Part shown: positions 16,814 through 24,996 of the stretch, piece after piece | How the letters are laid out: every line of letters starts with the position of its first letter | Position numbering within the stretch: position 1 is the stretch's first letter | Origin: a virus | Lineage: Duplodnaviria; Caudoviricetes | IMG/VR virus record: IMGVR_UViG_3300042191_000068 | Coordinates: 224-64,223 of that record | DNA length: 64,000 nucleotides | Reading direction: 5' to 3' (one strand) | Made by a program: the position numbers and the translations under genes | Notes under the pieces: model-generated | What the model saw: the letters and a program-made list of their open reading frames with translations, nothing else | What the model was told of the DNA's origin: nothing | Database searches by the model: none

Positions 16814-17029
16814 ATGTCATACTCACTCGTAACACCATGCTGTAATTACCCGTCCTCAACACCTGAAGGGCAGGGGGATTGTACCAAGAAAGACACATGC
16901 ACAGATCGCCATGTTTTGTACGGAGCCCTTGTCGCCATTCATGCAATGGCATACGGCACAGGCCATCTCGGGTCCGGCGAAATCACTCTGGAATGCAACA
17001 ACAAGACCGTGGCGAAAGCCGAGGAATGA
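16814..17029 (+). CDS. Small Cys-containing hypothetical protein (71 aa)
   Basis: SD AAAGGAG. Confidence 0.75.
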   Translation: MSYSLVTPCCNYPSSTPEGQGDCTKKDTCTDRHVLYGALVAIHAMAYGTGHLGSGEITLECNNKTVAKAEE

Positions 17030-17226
17030 TCTACTTAATCCTCGCAGCCATAACCGTCATCGGCGGCATATCCTACGCCGGTTGGCAACACGGCTACTGG
17101 CAGTGTCAGGTTGAGCAATACCTGCTTGGCGGCTTGGCGGCTTGTTACCTGCTGGCTGTTGCCGTAGGCAAGATATGCCGCAGGCTTTTTCCGGAGGACG
17201 AAGATGATGGTAGTAAAAGCGACTAA
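17026..17226 (+). CDS. Two-TM small membrane protein (66 aa)
   Basis: ATGA overlap; two hydrophobic segments. Confidence 0.65.
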   Translation: MIYLILAAITVIGGISYAGWQHGYWQCQVEQYLLGGLAACYLLAVAVGKICRRLFPEDEDDGSKSD

Positions 17227-17404
17227 GAAACCGAAATACATAGAGGTGAGACGGCAGGTAATTGAGGCGTACATCACCAGTTACCAATGCCCATCATGTA
17301 AAGTTATATTCGAAGGCGGCGGACCAGCGAGAAACGTAGTCAGGTTTAGGTGTAGTTGCGGCCAAGAACTTATCGTGAGGGAAGACGATGGTAGTAAATC
17401 CTGA
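17204..17404 (+). CDS. Zn-ribbon protein (66 aa)
   Basis: CPSC...CSCG. Confidence 0.7.
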   Translation: MMVVKATKKPKYIEVRRQVIEAYITSYQCPSCKVIFEGGGPARNVVRFRCSCGQELIVREDDGSKS

Positions 17405-17579
17405 ACCGATCCCAAGAGACGATGGTGGTACAGACTTCCGTATGTCTGAGTGTTCCGTCGCATGTTACGCGGTAAATGCTCAAGGAATGAGCGTCGAAAT
17501 ACCTTGTCCGTTTTTGAAGGTTGAAATCGGTGAGCCTCTTCGGTGCGGCGACCCTGCGATGAAGGAGATATTGGAATGA
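17388..17579 (+). CDS. Hypothetical protein (63 aa)
   Basis: Coupled ORF. Confidence 0.6.
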   Translation: MVVNPEPIPRDDGGTDFRMSECSVACYAVNAQGMSVEIPCPFLKVEIGEPLRCGDPAMKEILE

Positions 17580-17980
17580 TAAAAGTCGAGCAAAAAATAA
17601 ACATCGAGGTTGAAGGGCATAAGCTTGCAATCAGCCGGGAATCGGCAAAAGAGTTACATAAGCAACTTGGAAAATTGTTCGAGAGTAAGGAACGTAAGGA
17701 AAGTATTGAGGATTATATAAAGAAGCTCACACTGTTTAAGCCCCAACCTCTTTATGTTTCGCCTTATGTTCCGCCTCCAGTGTACGGCCCGGCAGAATCG
17801 ACAGACTTTCCATATGAAGTTACATGAGGGCTTGAGGAAACAAGAGCAGCTTCCCCTGGCTTGTTCAAAGTGTCTTGTGCATACGAAACAGTTGGCAAGT
17901 CCATTAGCGAGACTATTGGTAAGTCGGTTTGTGAACCGCTTGGAGAATCAATCTGCATCACTGAAGGCGAAAGTAGATGA
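17576..17980 (+). CDS. Hypothetical protein with in-frame TGA at codon 84 (134 aa if read through)
   Basis: After ...FPYEVT-TGA(17825-27) the frame continues for 50 codons, including 8-aa repeats ETVGKSIS/ETIGKSVC/EPLGESIC, and ends in an ATGA overlap with the next gene. Confidence 0.7.
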
Positions 17981-18129
17981 CAAGGTACCCTTGGTCCGAT
18001 CCAGAAGACAAAGTAAAGTCAGATTACTACCTCATCCCGAAAGATGTCAAAGCATTAATTATGGTCGGTGCGACATTCGAGCAGATAGGAAGATGGTTCA
18101 GAAGGATTTTCAAGAAGGATAAGAGATGA
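17977..18129 (+). CDS. Hypothetical protein with amphipathic basic C-terminus (50 aa)
   Basis: Manual ORF MTRYPWSDPEDK...GRWFRRIFKKDKR; ATGA overlaps at both ends. Confidence 0.65.
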   Translation: MTRYPWSDPEDKVKSDYYLIPKDVKALIMVGATFEQIGRWFRRIFKKDKR

Positions 18130-18398
18130 ATAAAATACTCGCAAAGATGGGCCTCATGTACCTTGCCAGCAAACTCGACGGCAAGAAAACCTATGTCGGC
18201 GCGGCTGTCCTCATGCTTCTCGGAACAGGGAAAATAATCGCCGGGCTTGTAGGCGTTATCGGCAACATGTACCCTGATGTCGGAGCTCCCGAGATTGACC
18301 TTGATGGATGTTACAACATGATACAGGCAGGCGTTGCGGCCTTCGGCGCAGGACTTGCTGCGATCGGGATCGGGCATAAGGTGGAGAAGACGAAATGA
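18126..18398 (+). CDS. Putative holin (90 aa)
   Basis: LDGKKTY N-terminal motif, two hydrophobic segments, GIGHK C-terminus; upstream of the endolysin. Confidence 0.65.
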   Translation: MNKILAKMGLMYLASKLDGKKTYVGAAVLMLLGTGKIIAGLVGVIGNMYPDVGAPEIDLDGCYNMIQAGVAAFGAGLAAIGIGHKVEKTK

Positions 18399-18718
18399 AG
18401 GATTTTTGCACCCTCAGCCCTGATCATCCATTCGGTTACGACATCTCTTTTTGATGCAGGCTACACGATGAGCGATACGAAGAGCAAACAATACCGAGAC
18501 TCGAAGCTGACCTCGAACTTAAATGGTGAGTCGCTCGCGTTGCCGGTCTGGAGATCGGTCAGAAATATTATGACGCAGTCAGATTGGCTGGCTGGTTTTT
18601 CTGGCGGAAAACGAAAATGTGGAGAACGCTAGATGGATATTATAAGAGAATGGTGGGCCGTTATTCTGGCGTTTCTCGGCGGGGCAATGTGGGTGGGAAA
18701 AATTCAGCGGGAAGTTGA
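18395..18718 (+). CDS. Phospholipase A2-like protein with two in-frame TGA codons (codons 20 and 45); candidate selenoprotein
   Basis: MKDFCTLSPDHPFGYDISF*CRLHDERYEEQTIPRLEADLELKW*VARVAGLEIGQKYYDAVRLAGWFFW; matches the CCxxHDxxY...AD..L..C pattern; SD GGAG and ATGA coupling to the holin. The C-terminal end is uncertain (86-nt overlap with the next gene). Confidence 0.8.
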
Positions 18719-18914
18719 AGACTTGAAGGCGGGGAAATTTGTTTCGAATGAGCGTTGCGGCGAACGCAGGCAAGAAATAAAAGACCTGACGGCCCTCCAG
18801 TTCGCATCTGGAAACGCACAATTTATCGAAATAAAAGCAATGGTGTCGAAACTCCAGGACAGCCATAATCAGCTTATCAAAGTCCTCATTGAGGACAGGA
18901 GGGATAACTCATGA
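18633..18914 (+). CDS. Single-TM coiled-coil protein, holin/antiholin-like (93 aa)
   Basis: N-terminal TM WWAVILAFLGGAMWVG followed by a coiled coil. Confidence 0.7.
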   Translation: MDIIREWWAVILAFLGGAMWVGKIQREVEDLKAGKFVSNERCGERRQEIKDLTALQFASGNAQFIEIKAMVSKLQDSHNQLIKVLIEDRRDNS

Positions 18915-19081
18915 GCACTGCAGAGCGTATCCAGGAGTTACTTGATTGCGCCGTTCGGGTGCCGGCGCGAGACGGAGCAGGCGTTATCACTCCTGCCGGA
19001 GTCGATGCTGCGATCGAGGTGAAGACCTTGCAACGGTGTTTGAAGATCGCTGCGGAGGAAGAGAGTGAAAGACTGGATTGA
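18911..19081 (+). CDS. Hypothetical protein (56 aa)
   Basis: Manual ORF MSTAERIQELLDC...; ATGA overlap. Confidence 0.6.
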   Translation: MSTAERIQELLDCAVRVPARDGAGVITPAGVDAAIEVKTLQRCLKIAAEEESERLD

Positions 19082-19535
19082 GCGATGCCTCGGGCACGAA
19101 GGCGCTTACTGGGACGACCCTGTCGGAGGGCCGACGAAGTACGGGATAAGCCAAAGGTCCTACCCAGACCTCGACATCGCGAGCCTCACAATTGACGATG
19201 CCAGAGCCATCTACCGGCGAGACTTCGTCAAGCCACTCAACCTGGATACTTACCCTCCCGGAGTCGCCTTCCAGTTGTTCGACTTCGCAGTAAATTCAGG
19301 ACCAAAGACCGCAATAAAGCAATTGCAGGAGGCTCTTGGGCTGAAGCCTGATGGAGTTGTCGGACCGAAGACCAAAGCAGCACTCGCCGGTAAAACTGAC
19401 TCTGATCTTGTCATGCTGGTCATTGCCGAACGTCTAGACTTCATGGCAAGTCTAAGGAACTTCATTCCGAACGCAAAAGGATGGGTTCGTAGGATGGCGG
19501 CGAACTTAAGGCATGGAGCCGAGGACACCGAATGA
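19065..19535 (+). CDS. Endolysin, glycoside hydrolase family 108
   Basis: HEGAYWDDPVGGPTKYGIS catalytic motif, FDFAVNSG, GWVRR C-terminus. Confidence 0.92.
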   Translation: MKDWIERCLGHEGAYWDDPVGGPTKYGISQRSYPDLDIASLTIDDARAIYRRDFVKPLNLDTYPPGVAFQLFDFAVNSGPKTAIKQLQEALGLKPDGVVGPKTKAALAGKTDSDLVMLVIAERLDFMASLRNFIPNAKGWVRRMAANLRHGAEDTE

Positions 19536-20479
19536 TGAGACAAACCTACCAAGGCAATACCGTTATCTTCGAGGATGAGTACTTCGTGCTGAACAGGTTC
19601 AGCGAGGGCGAGGGAACGCCCTGTTTCATCGTCCCGCCCTTCGCGGGCCGAGACGGCACCGTCACCCAGAACCTTATCAATAAGTGCGTTGAAGCGGGTC
19701 GCTCAACTTACGCCTACGAGTTGAAGTCGGCCACCCAAGAAACGAAGAATCTCAGTATCAACGGGCTGATCACAATCTTGGATGCTTGCTGCGACATGAT
19801 CTACGGTGAGACCGGAGAGCAGTCGGTAGACCTCATTGGTTGCTGCCAAGGTGGCTGGCTCGCCTCAATGTTCACCGCCCTACGCCCAGAGTGGGTCAAC
19901 CGCCTCGCCGTCTTCGCCGCGCCGATAAATACGCATTCCGGGAGCAAGAACCGAATCGAGGAGTATTGCGAGACCATCTCCCTGCCGGCGCACCGCCTGA
20001 TCGTCGGGCTGAACAACGGCGTTCAGCCAGGTATGGCCCAATGGCTCGCCTTCGCGGCGATGGCCCCGGAACAGATTTTCTTTGGGAGGTATCTCGACCT
20101 GCTGGCGCACATCGTCAGCGGACGAGATGCGGATATCGATAAATGGGAGAAACAGAATGGATGGTATGACAGCCCCAATGACTTGGCCGGTATATGGTTT
20201 CTCGACGCCCTCGAAAATCACTTTTGCAAGAACGCCCTCTACAACGGGGCCTGGGAGGTAGGAGGAAGTATTGTAGATCTTCGCAACGTCACTTGCCCGG
20301 TCTTCGTTTTCGCAGGCGAAGACGACGACATTACCTCCGTCGAACAAGCCCGAGGGCTGATCGACAAGGTCAGTTCAGAGTGGGACTTAGTCGTCTTTCC
20401 GAACTGTGGGCACACGAAATGCTTTACAGGGAGTAAAGAACTGGAACAGTTCGCGGAGTTGTTCTTCCAAGAGGAGTGA
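19532..20479 (+). CDS. Alpha/beta hydrolase of the PHA depolymerase/synthase (PhaZ/PhaC, DUF3141-like) type (315 aa)
   Basis: IVPPFAG; Cys-type lipase box LIGCCQGGW; AAPIN; GEDDDIT (Asp); GH (His). Confidence 0.8.
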   Translation: MMRQTYQGNTVIFEDEYFVLNRFSEGEGTPCFIVPPFAGRDGTVTQNLINKCVEAGRSTYAYELKSATQETKNLSINGLITILDACCDMIYGETGEQSVDLIGCCQGGWLASMFTALRPEWVNRLAVFAAPINTHSGSKNRIEEYCETISLPAHRLIVGLNNGVQPGMAQWLAFAAMAPEQIFFGRYLDLLAHIVSGRDADIDKWEKQNGWYDSPNDLAGIWFLDALENHFCKNALYNGAWEVGGSIVDLRNVTCPVFVFAGEDDDITSVEQARGLIDKVSSEWDLVVFPNCGHTKCFTGSKELEQFAELFFQEE

Positions 20480-20482
20480 CAG

Positions 20483-21448
20483 ATGGCCCAAAAAGCGATA
20501 GCCAGAGCACTACAAGTAGTCGCTTACGCAGCGAAGCACGGACCGGAGAAAGCCAAGGCTGACTTAGGGCTGTCCGACGAGACGTTCAAACGTTATGCGC
20601 GGATGGCGAAGCAGGAGAAAGGAGTAACCATCCCTGAGAGATCGCACTGGCTGGAAGAGATCGCAACAAGATTTTCAGATACTGAATTACAGGCCATTGC
20701 CAAGGGAGGCAGGATTGTCCCCGGCGCCGGCAAGGTTCCGGTCGTCTCATTCTCCGGCACGCACATCAGGATCGGCTGTATCACGGATACACACATCGGC
20801 CACATGCTGTCGCCCAGGGCTAGGCTCATGCAAGCCTTCGACGAGTTCAAGAAAGAACAGGTTGATTTTATTACTCATTCCGGCGATGTCACCGAAGGCA
20901 TGAGCCACCGCCCTGGGCAGATCTACGAGCTTTCACACCTCGGCTACGACGCGCAGAAGCATGAAGCGATCGACTGCTTCGCTCAGTGGCCTGACACAGA
21001 TATTTACGCAATTGACGGGAATCACGATCGATGGTTCCTGAAGTCGAACGGGGCGCTGATAGTAAAAGATATTGAGGAAGCCCTCGACAATTTCCATTTC
21101 CTCGGTCACGACGAGGGAGATATCTCGCTTGATGGGAGAGCAGTTCTCAAGTTGTGGCACGGAGAAGATGCGTCATCCTACGCACTTAGCTATCGCCTTC
21201 AGAAGATTTTAGAAGCTTTCTCCGGAGGAGAGAAGCCGAACGTCCTGATAACAGGCCACGTTCACAAGTACGTCAACATCTTCGAAAGGAACGTCTGGTG
21301 CGTCTCCGCCGGCTGTCTGCAGAGCCAGACTTCATGGATGCGTGGGAAAAGACTAGCGGCGCACGTAGGATTTTGTATAATAGATATACATGTTGCAAAG
21401 AAGGGAGTTAGTAAATTCAACGTTACTTGGTATCCTTTTTATACTTGA
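20483..21448 (+). CDS. Calcineurin-like metallophosphoesterase with N-terminal HTH-like region
   Basis: DTH, GDVTEG, GNHD, WHG and GHVH motifs. Confidence 0.88.
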   Translation: MAQKAIARALQVVAYAAKHGPEKAKADLGLSDETFKRYARMAKQEKGVTIPERSHWLEEIATRFSDTELQAIAKGGRIVPGAGKVPVVSFSGTHIRIGCITDTHIGHMLSPRARLMQAFDEFKKEQVDFITHSGDVTEGMSHRPGQIYELSHLGYDAQKHEAIDCFAQWPDTDIYAIDGNHDRWFLKSNGALIVKDIEEALDNFHFLGHDEGDISLDGRAVLKLWHGEDASSYALSYRLQKILEAFSGGEKPNVLITGHVHKYVNIFERNVWCVSAGCLQSQTSWMRGKRLAAHVGFCIIDIHVAKKGVSKFNVTWYPFYT

Positions 21449-21450
21449 TA

Positions 21451-22896
21451 ATGGCCATTAAAGACTTTAAATATACGGCCCCTCCAACGGTGGCTAAGTT
21501 CATGCGATCTAATGCGTTCCATCGCGCCATAATGGGAGGTATCGGGTCCGGCAAGTCGGTAGGTATGTGCGTCGAGATTCTTCGCAGAAACCTTGAGATG
21601 CCTGCATGGAATAACGGCAAGCGATCATCCAAGTGGGCGATAATTCGTAACACTAACAAGCAGTTACGTGATACAACTCTGGCTACGTGGATGCATTGGA
21701 TGCGGGACCTTGGGACGTGGCACGAATCAAAGATGACTTTCCGGCTGAAATTCGGTGAAGTTGACTCTGAGATTCTCTTCCTTCCGCTTGATACTCAGGA
21801 TGATGTTGGAAGAGTGCTCTCGCTCGAATTATCGGGCGCATTTGTCAACGAATTTCGTGAGGTGCCTGTTCCGCTGTTTGCGGATATCAAAGGTCGACTC
21901 CGTCGATACCCAAATCCGACGGAAGTACCAGGAGCCTGGTATGGACTCATTATGGACACCAACCCGCCGGAAATTGACAGTGAGGCTTACCGGCTCATGG
22001 AGCACCTACCGCAAGAAGAGGGAAATGAGAACAGCGTCATAGAGTGCGACACATTTAAGCAACCGTCAGGGCTTTCATCGGAAGCTGAGAACAGAGACCA
22101 CCTGCACCCAGACTACTACTCGGACCTTGCTAAGGGGCAGACCAAGGCGTGGGTTGACACCTACATTCATGGAATGTACTCACCCTCAATGGTTGGCAAG
22201 CCGGTGTACTCCAGGACATTCAACCCAGAGAAGCATGTGTCGAAAGTTCCTCTCAAGGCGGACCCGGAACTCCCCGTTATAATCTCTTTCGACTGCGGGC
22301 TTACCCCCGCGGCTACGTTCAAGCAGATGACGCTCGATGGTAGAGTGAGGGTTCTGCGAGAAGCTGTTGAGTTCGACATGGGGATGAAGCGGTTCAGCAA
22401 GCTGCGATTGCGCCCAATCATCAAAAACTTCTTTCCGAACAACCCGTTAATATTCATTGGCGATCCTGCAGGCAAACGCAGAGCCGACTCGGATGAATCG
22501 TCTGCGTTCAAGGTACTGAAGGACGACTACGACGAGGACGGCGCGATTGTGAAGGGCGCAGCCACCAACGACCCGAAGGTTAGGATTGAGGCAACTGAGC
22601 ACATGTTGAGCCAGTACCCGGAAGGGGAGCCGCTGATGATAATCGACCCATCCTGCAAGACGTATATAGAAGCTCTCAGAAGCAAGTACAGGTACCCCAA
22701 GAAAAAACTGTCCGGAGAGTTTTCCGATAGCCCAGAGAAGAACAACTGGAGCCATATCGCAGAAGCGGGGCAGTACGGAGACTTATATTTATTGTCAGGA
22801 AAGTACGACCCTGCAGATCACATGAGAGTCACTTCGAACGCAGGACCCTTCAACCCAAGAACGCATTACAGACCTGCCCAGCAGGAGGGATACTAA
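21451..22896 (+). CDS. terL: Terminase large subunit
   Basis: Walker A GGIGSGKS, Walker B AFVNE, nuclease motifs SFDCG, DPAG and SHIAEA. Confidence 0.93.
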   Translation: MAIKDFKYTAPPTVAKFMRSNAFHRAIMGGIGSGKSVGMCVEILRRNLEMPAWNNGKRSSKWAIIRNTNKQLRDTTLATWMHWMRDLGTWHESKMTFRLKFGEVDSEILFLPLDTQDDVGRVLSLELSGAFVNEFREVPVPLFADIKGRLRRYPNPTEVPGAWYGLIMDTNPPEIDSEAYRLMEHLPQEEGNENSVIECDTFKQPSGLSSEAENRDHLHPDYYSDLAKGQTKAWVDTYIHGMYSPSMVGKPVYSRTFNPEKHVSKVPLKADPELPVIISFDCGLTPAATFKQMTLDGRVRVLREAVEFDMGMKRFSKLRLRPIIKNFFPNNPLIFIGDPAGKRRADSDESSAFKVLKDDYDEDGAIVKGAATNDPKVRIEATEHMLSQYPEGEPLMIIDPSCKTYIEALRSKYRYPKKKLSGEFSDSPEKNNWSHIAEAGQYGDLYLLSGKYDPADHMRVTSNAGPFNPRTHYRPAQQEGY

Positions 22897-24996
22897 ATGC
22901 TCACAAATTACGAAGAACTGAAGAAACTCGGGACCCACGTTAAAGGAGTCCTCGACCAGCATATCAAAGATAGGGCCCTTCTCGAAGTCCAGTGGATGAA
23001 GAACCTCCGGCAGTACCTGCGGAAATACGACCCTGACGTTCTTGCCCGCATCCCGGACGAGCGGTCGCATGTGTATCCTGAAGATACCCGCATAAAGGTC
23101 AAAGGCGGCGTTGCGAAGATGATGGAAATGATGTTTCCATCACAGGACAAGAACTGGGGCCTGTCAGTCTCTCCGTCTCCGTCTATTCCGCAGACAGCCT
23201 TGCAGACTATCATAGATAGTCTTCAGCAACAGGAGCTTGCACTCGCCCAGCAGGAGCAACGACCCGCAGCGCCGATAACGAGCGACGCCATCGAGCGGGA
23301 AGTCCGAACCTTCGCTGAGAAGCGCAAAGAGAAGATGGAGACTGAGATCGCTGATCAGTTGGCCGACCCAGGGATTGATTATCCTCAGTTGTGCAAGAAA
23401 GTTGTTCGCAGTGGCTACCTATACGGCTTCGGTATCGCCCGCAGCCCGATGGTCAGGACGCAAGCTGAGAGAGTGTGGACCGCCGACGAGACGGGCCAGT
23501 ACGTTGCCAAGACCAAAACTCTCCGCCGGCCATACCCTGAGTACGTCCGTATGTGGGACGTATACCCCGACCTCTCAGCCATAGCCTGGACCGACCAGGA
23601 CGCATTCTTTGAGAGGATTATATTCCTCCGTCACGACTTCCGCGCCCTTGCTAAGCGGCCTGACTTCGAGGCCAAGATAATCAAGGAGTATCTAAAAGAT
23701 CATTCAGATGGGAATTACGCGGCCAAGGAGTACGAGGCCGATCTGCACGACATCGCCAAAACTTCCAATCTCGCCAACAGGCAGGCCCGGAGGTACGAGG
23801 TATACCGAGGGCTGATGTTCGTCTCGGCGCATACGCTTCAATCCGTCGGAGTTGAAGTAAGCGACAACGAGCTTGACGAGGACATTCTCGCGGATGTCTG
23901 GATAATCGACGACGTAGTCATTAAGGCAGAGAAAGCCGCATTCGGCGAGCGCCCATCCGACCAGTATCATGCCTTCATTTACACTGAAGATGAGGACTCA
24001 GGACTTACCGGTGTCGGCCTGCCGGAGGAAGTGCGGGACGCCCAGATGTCGCTTTGTATGGCGACCAGGATGCTCGCGGATAATGCGTCGGCGTGCGCAG
24101 GTCCTATCTACGAAGTGAACGAAAGCCTCCTCCCAAGAGGGCGGAAGAACATCGGGCCTATCCATTCGTTTATGACCATCACTCGGGAAGGCGACGGACC
24201 AGAGGCCCAATACCCCGCAGTGCGGGCGCTCATCACCGAGTCGCATATTACCGAACTGATAAGTATGGTCGAGATGTACGAACGAAGATTCGACGTTGCT
24301 AGCAACCTGCCGGCCTACACTATGGGCGCCATGCAGAACCAGCCTCTCGGTGAAGCCTTCCGGACAACGAGCAACATGTCGATGATGACCGGCTCCGCCA
24401 ACATGGTAACGAAAGACACCGTCAGAGCGTTCGACAAATTCACCACCTCGTTACTTACATCCATGCTTGCATGGAACATGGAGTTCAACCCGAACGAGGA
24501 ACTGAAGGGTGACTACCAAGTCGTCGCCAAAGGCAACCTGTCGCTCGTTGCGAAGGAAGTTCGAGGCGCGGCCCTCGACCAGTTCGTCATGACTCTCACG
24601 CCGGAGGAGAGAGCGATCCTTGATACTCATGGATTACTCATAGATCGTTTGAAAGCTCGCGATCTACCTGTAGACCGAGTCTTACCGGAGGACGAAGCCA
24701 AGCAGATTCTCGAAGGGATGAAACAGGCCGCTTCACAAGCATCGCAGATCGAGCAGGGCCTGACCCAGGCCAAGACCGAGGACGTGTCGGCTTCTGCCGC
24801 GAAGAAGCAAATGGACGTGCAGATGTTGCAGGCGTCGGCAGATGCGACAATTCAGGAGATTTTGTCACGGGTCGAACAGAACCTTGCGAACGCCAAGTCG
24901 GCGAAAGACAAGAACCAGTTAGAGAACTTGAAGGTCTTGCTGACTACGGTCAGCGAGAAGAAAGAAGGGGCGAAGCCCAAGGGGGATACGAAGTGA
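22897..24996 (+). CDS. Portal protein
   Basis: 699 aa directly after terL; helical with a coiled-coil C-terminal barrel, podovirus-type. Confidence 0.85.
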   Translation: MLTNYEELKKLGTHVKGVLDQHIKDRALLEVQWMKNLRQYLRKYDPDVLARIPDERSHVYPEDTRIKVKGGVAKMMEMMFPSQDKNWGLSVSPSPSIPQTALQTIIDSLQQQELALAQQEQRPAAPITSDAIEREVRTFAEKRKEKMETEIADQLADPGIDYPQLCKKVVRSGYLYGFGIARSPMVRTQAERVWTADETGQYVAKTKTLRRPYPEYVRMWDVYPDLSAIAWTDQDAFFERIIFLRHDFRALAKRPDFEAKIIKEYLKDHSDGNYAAKEYEADLHDIAKTSNLANRQARRYEVYRGLMFVSAHTLQSVGVEVSDNELDEDILADVWIIDDVVIKAEKAAFGERPSDQYHAFIYTEDEDSGLTGVGLPEEVRDAQMSLCMATRMLADNASACAGPIYEVNESLLPRGRKNIGPIHSFMTITREGDGPEAQYPAVRALITESHITELISMVEMYERRFDVASNLPAYTMGAMQNQPLGEAFRTTSNMSMMTGSANMVTKDTVRAFDKFTTSLLTSMLAWNMEFNPNEELKGDYQVVAKGNLSLVAKEVRGAALDQFVMTLTPEERAILDTHGLLIDRLKARDLPVDRVLPEDEAKQILEGMKQAASQASQIEQGLTQAKTEDVSASAAKKQMDVQMLQASADATIQEILSRVEQNLANAKSAKDKNQLENLKVLLTTVSEKKEGAKPKGDTK

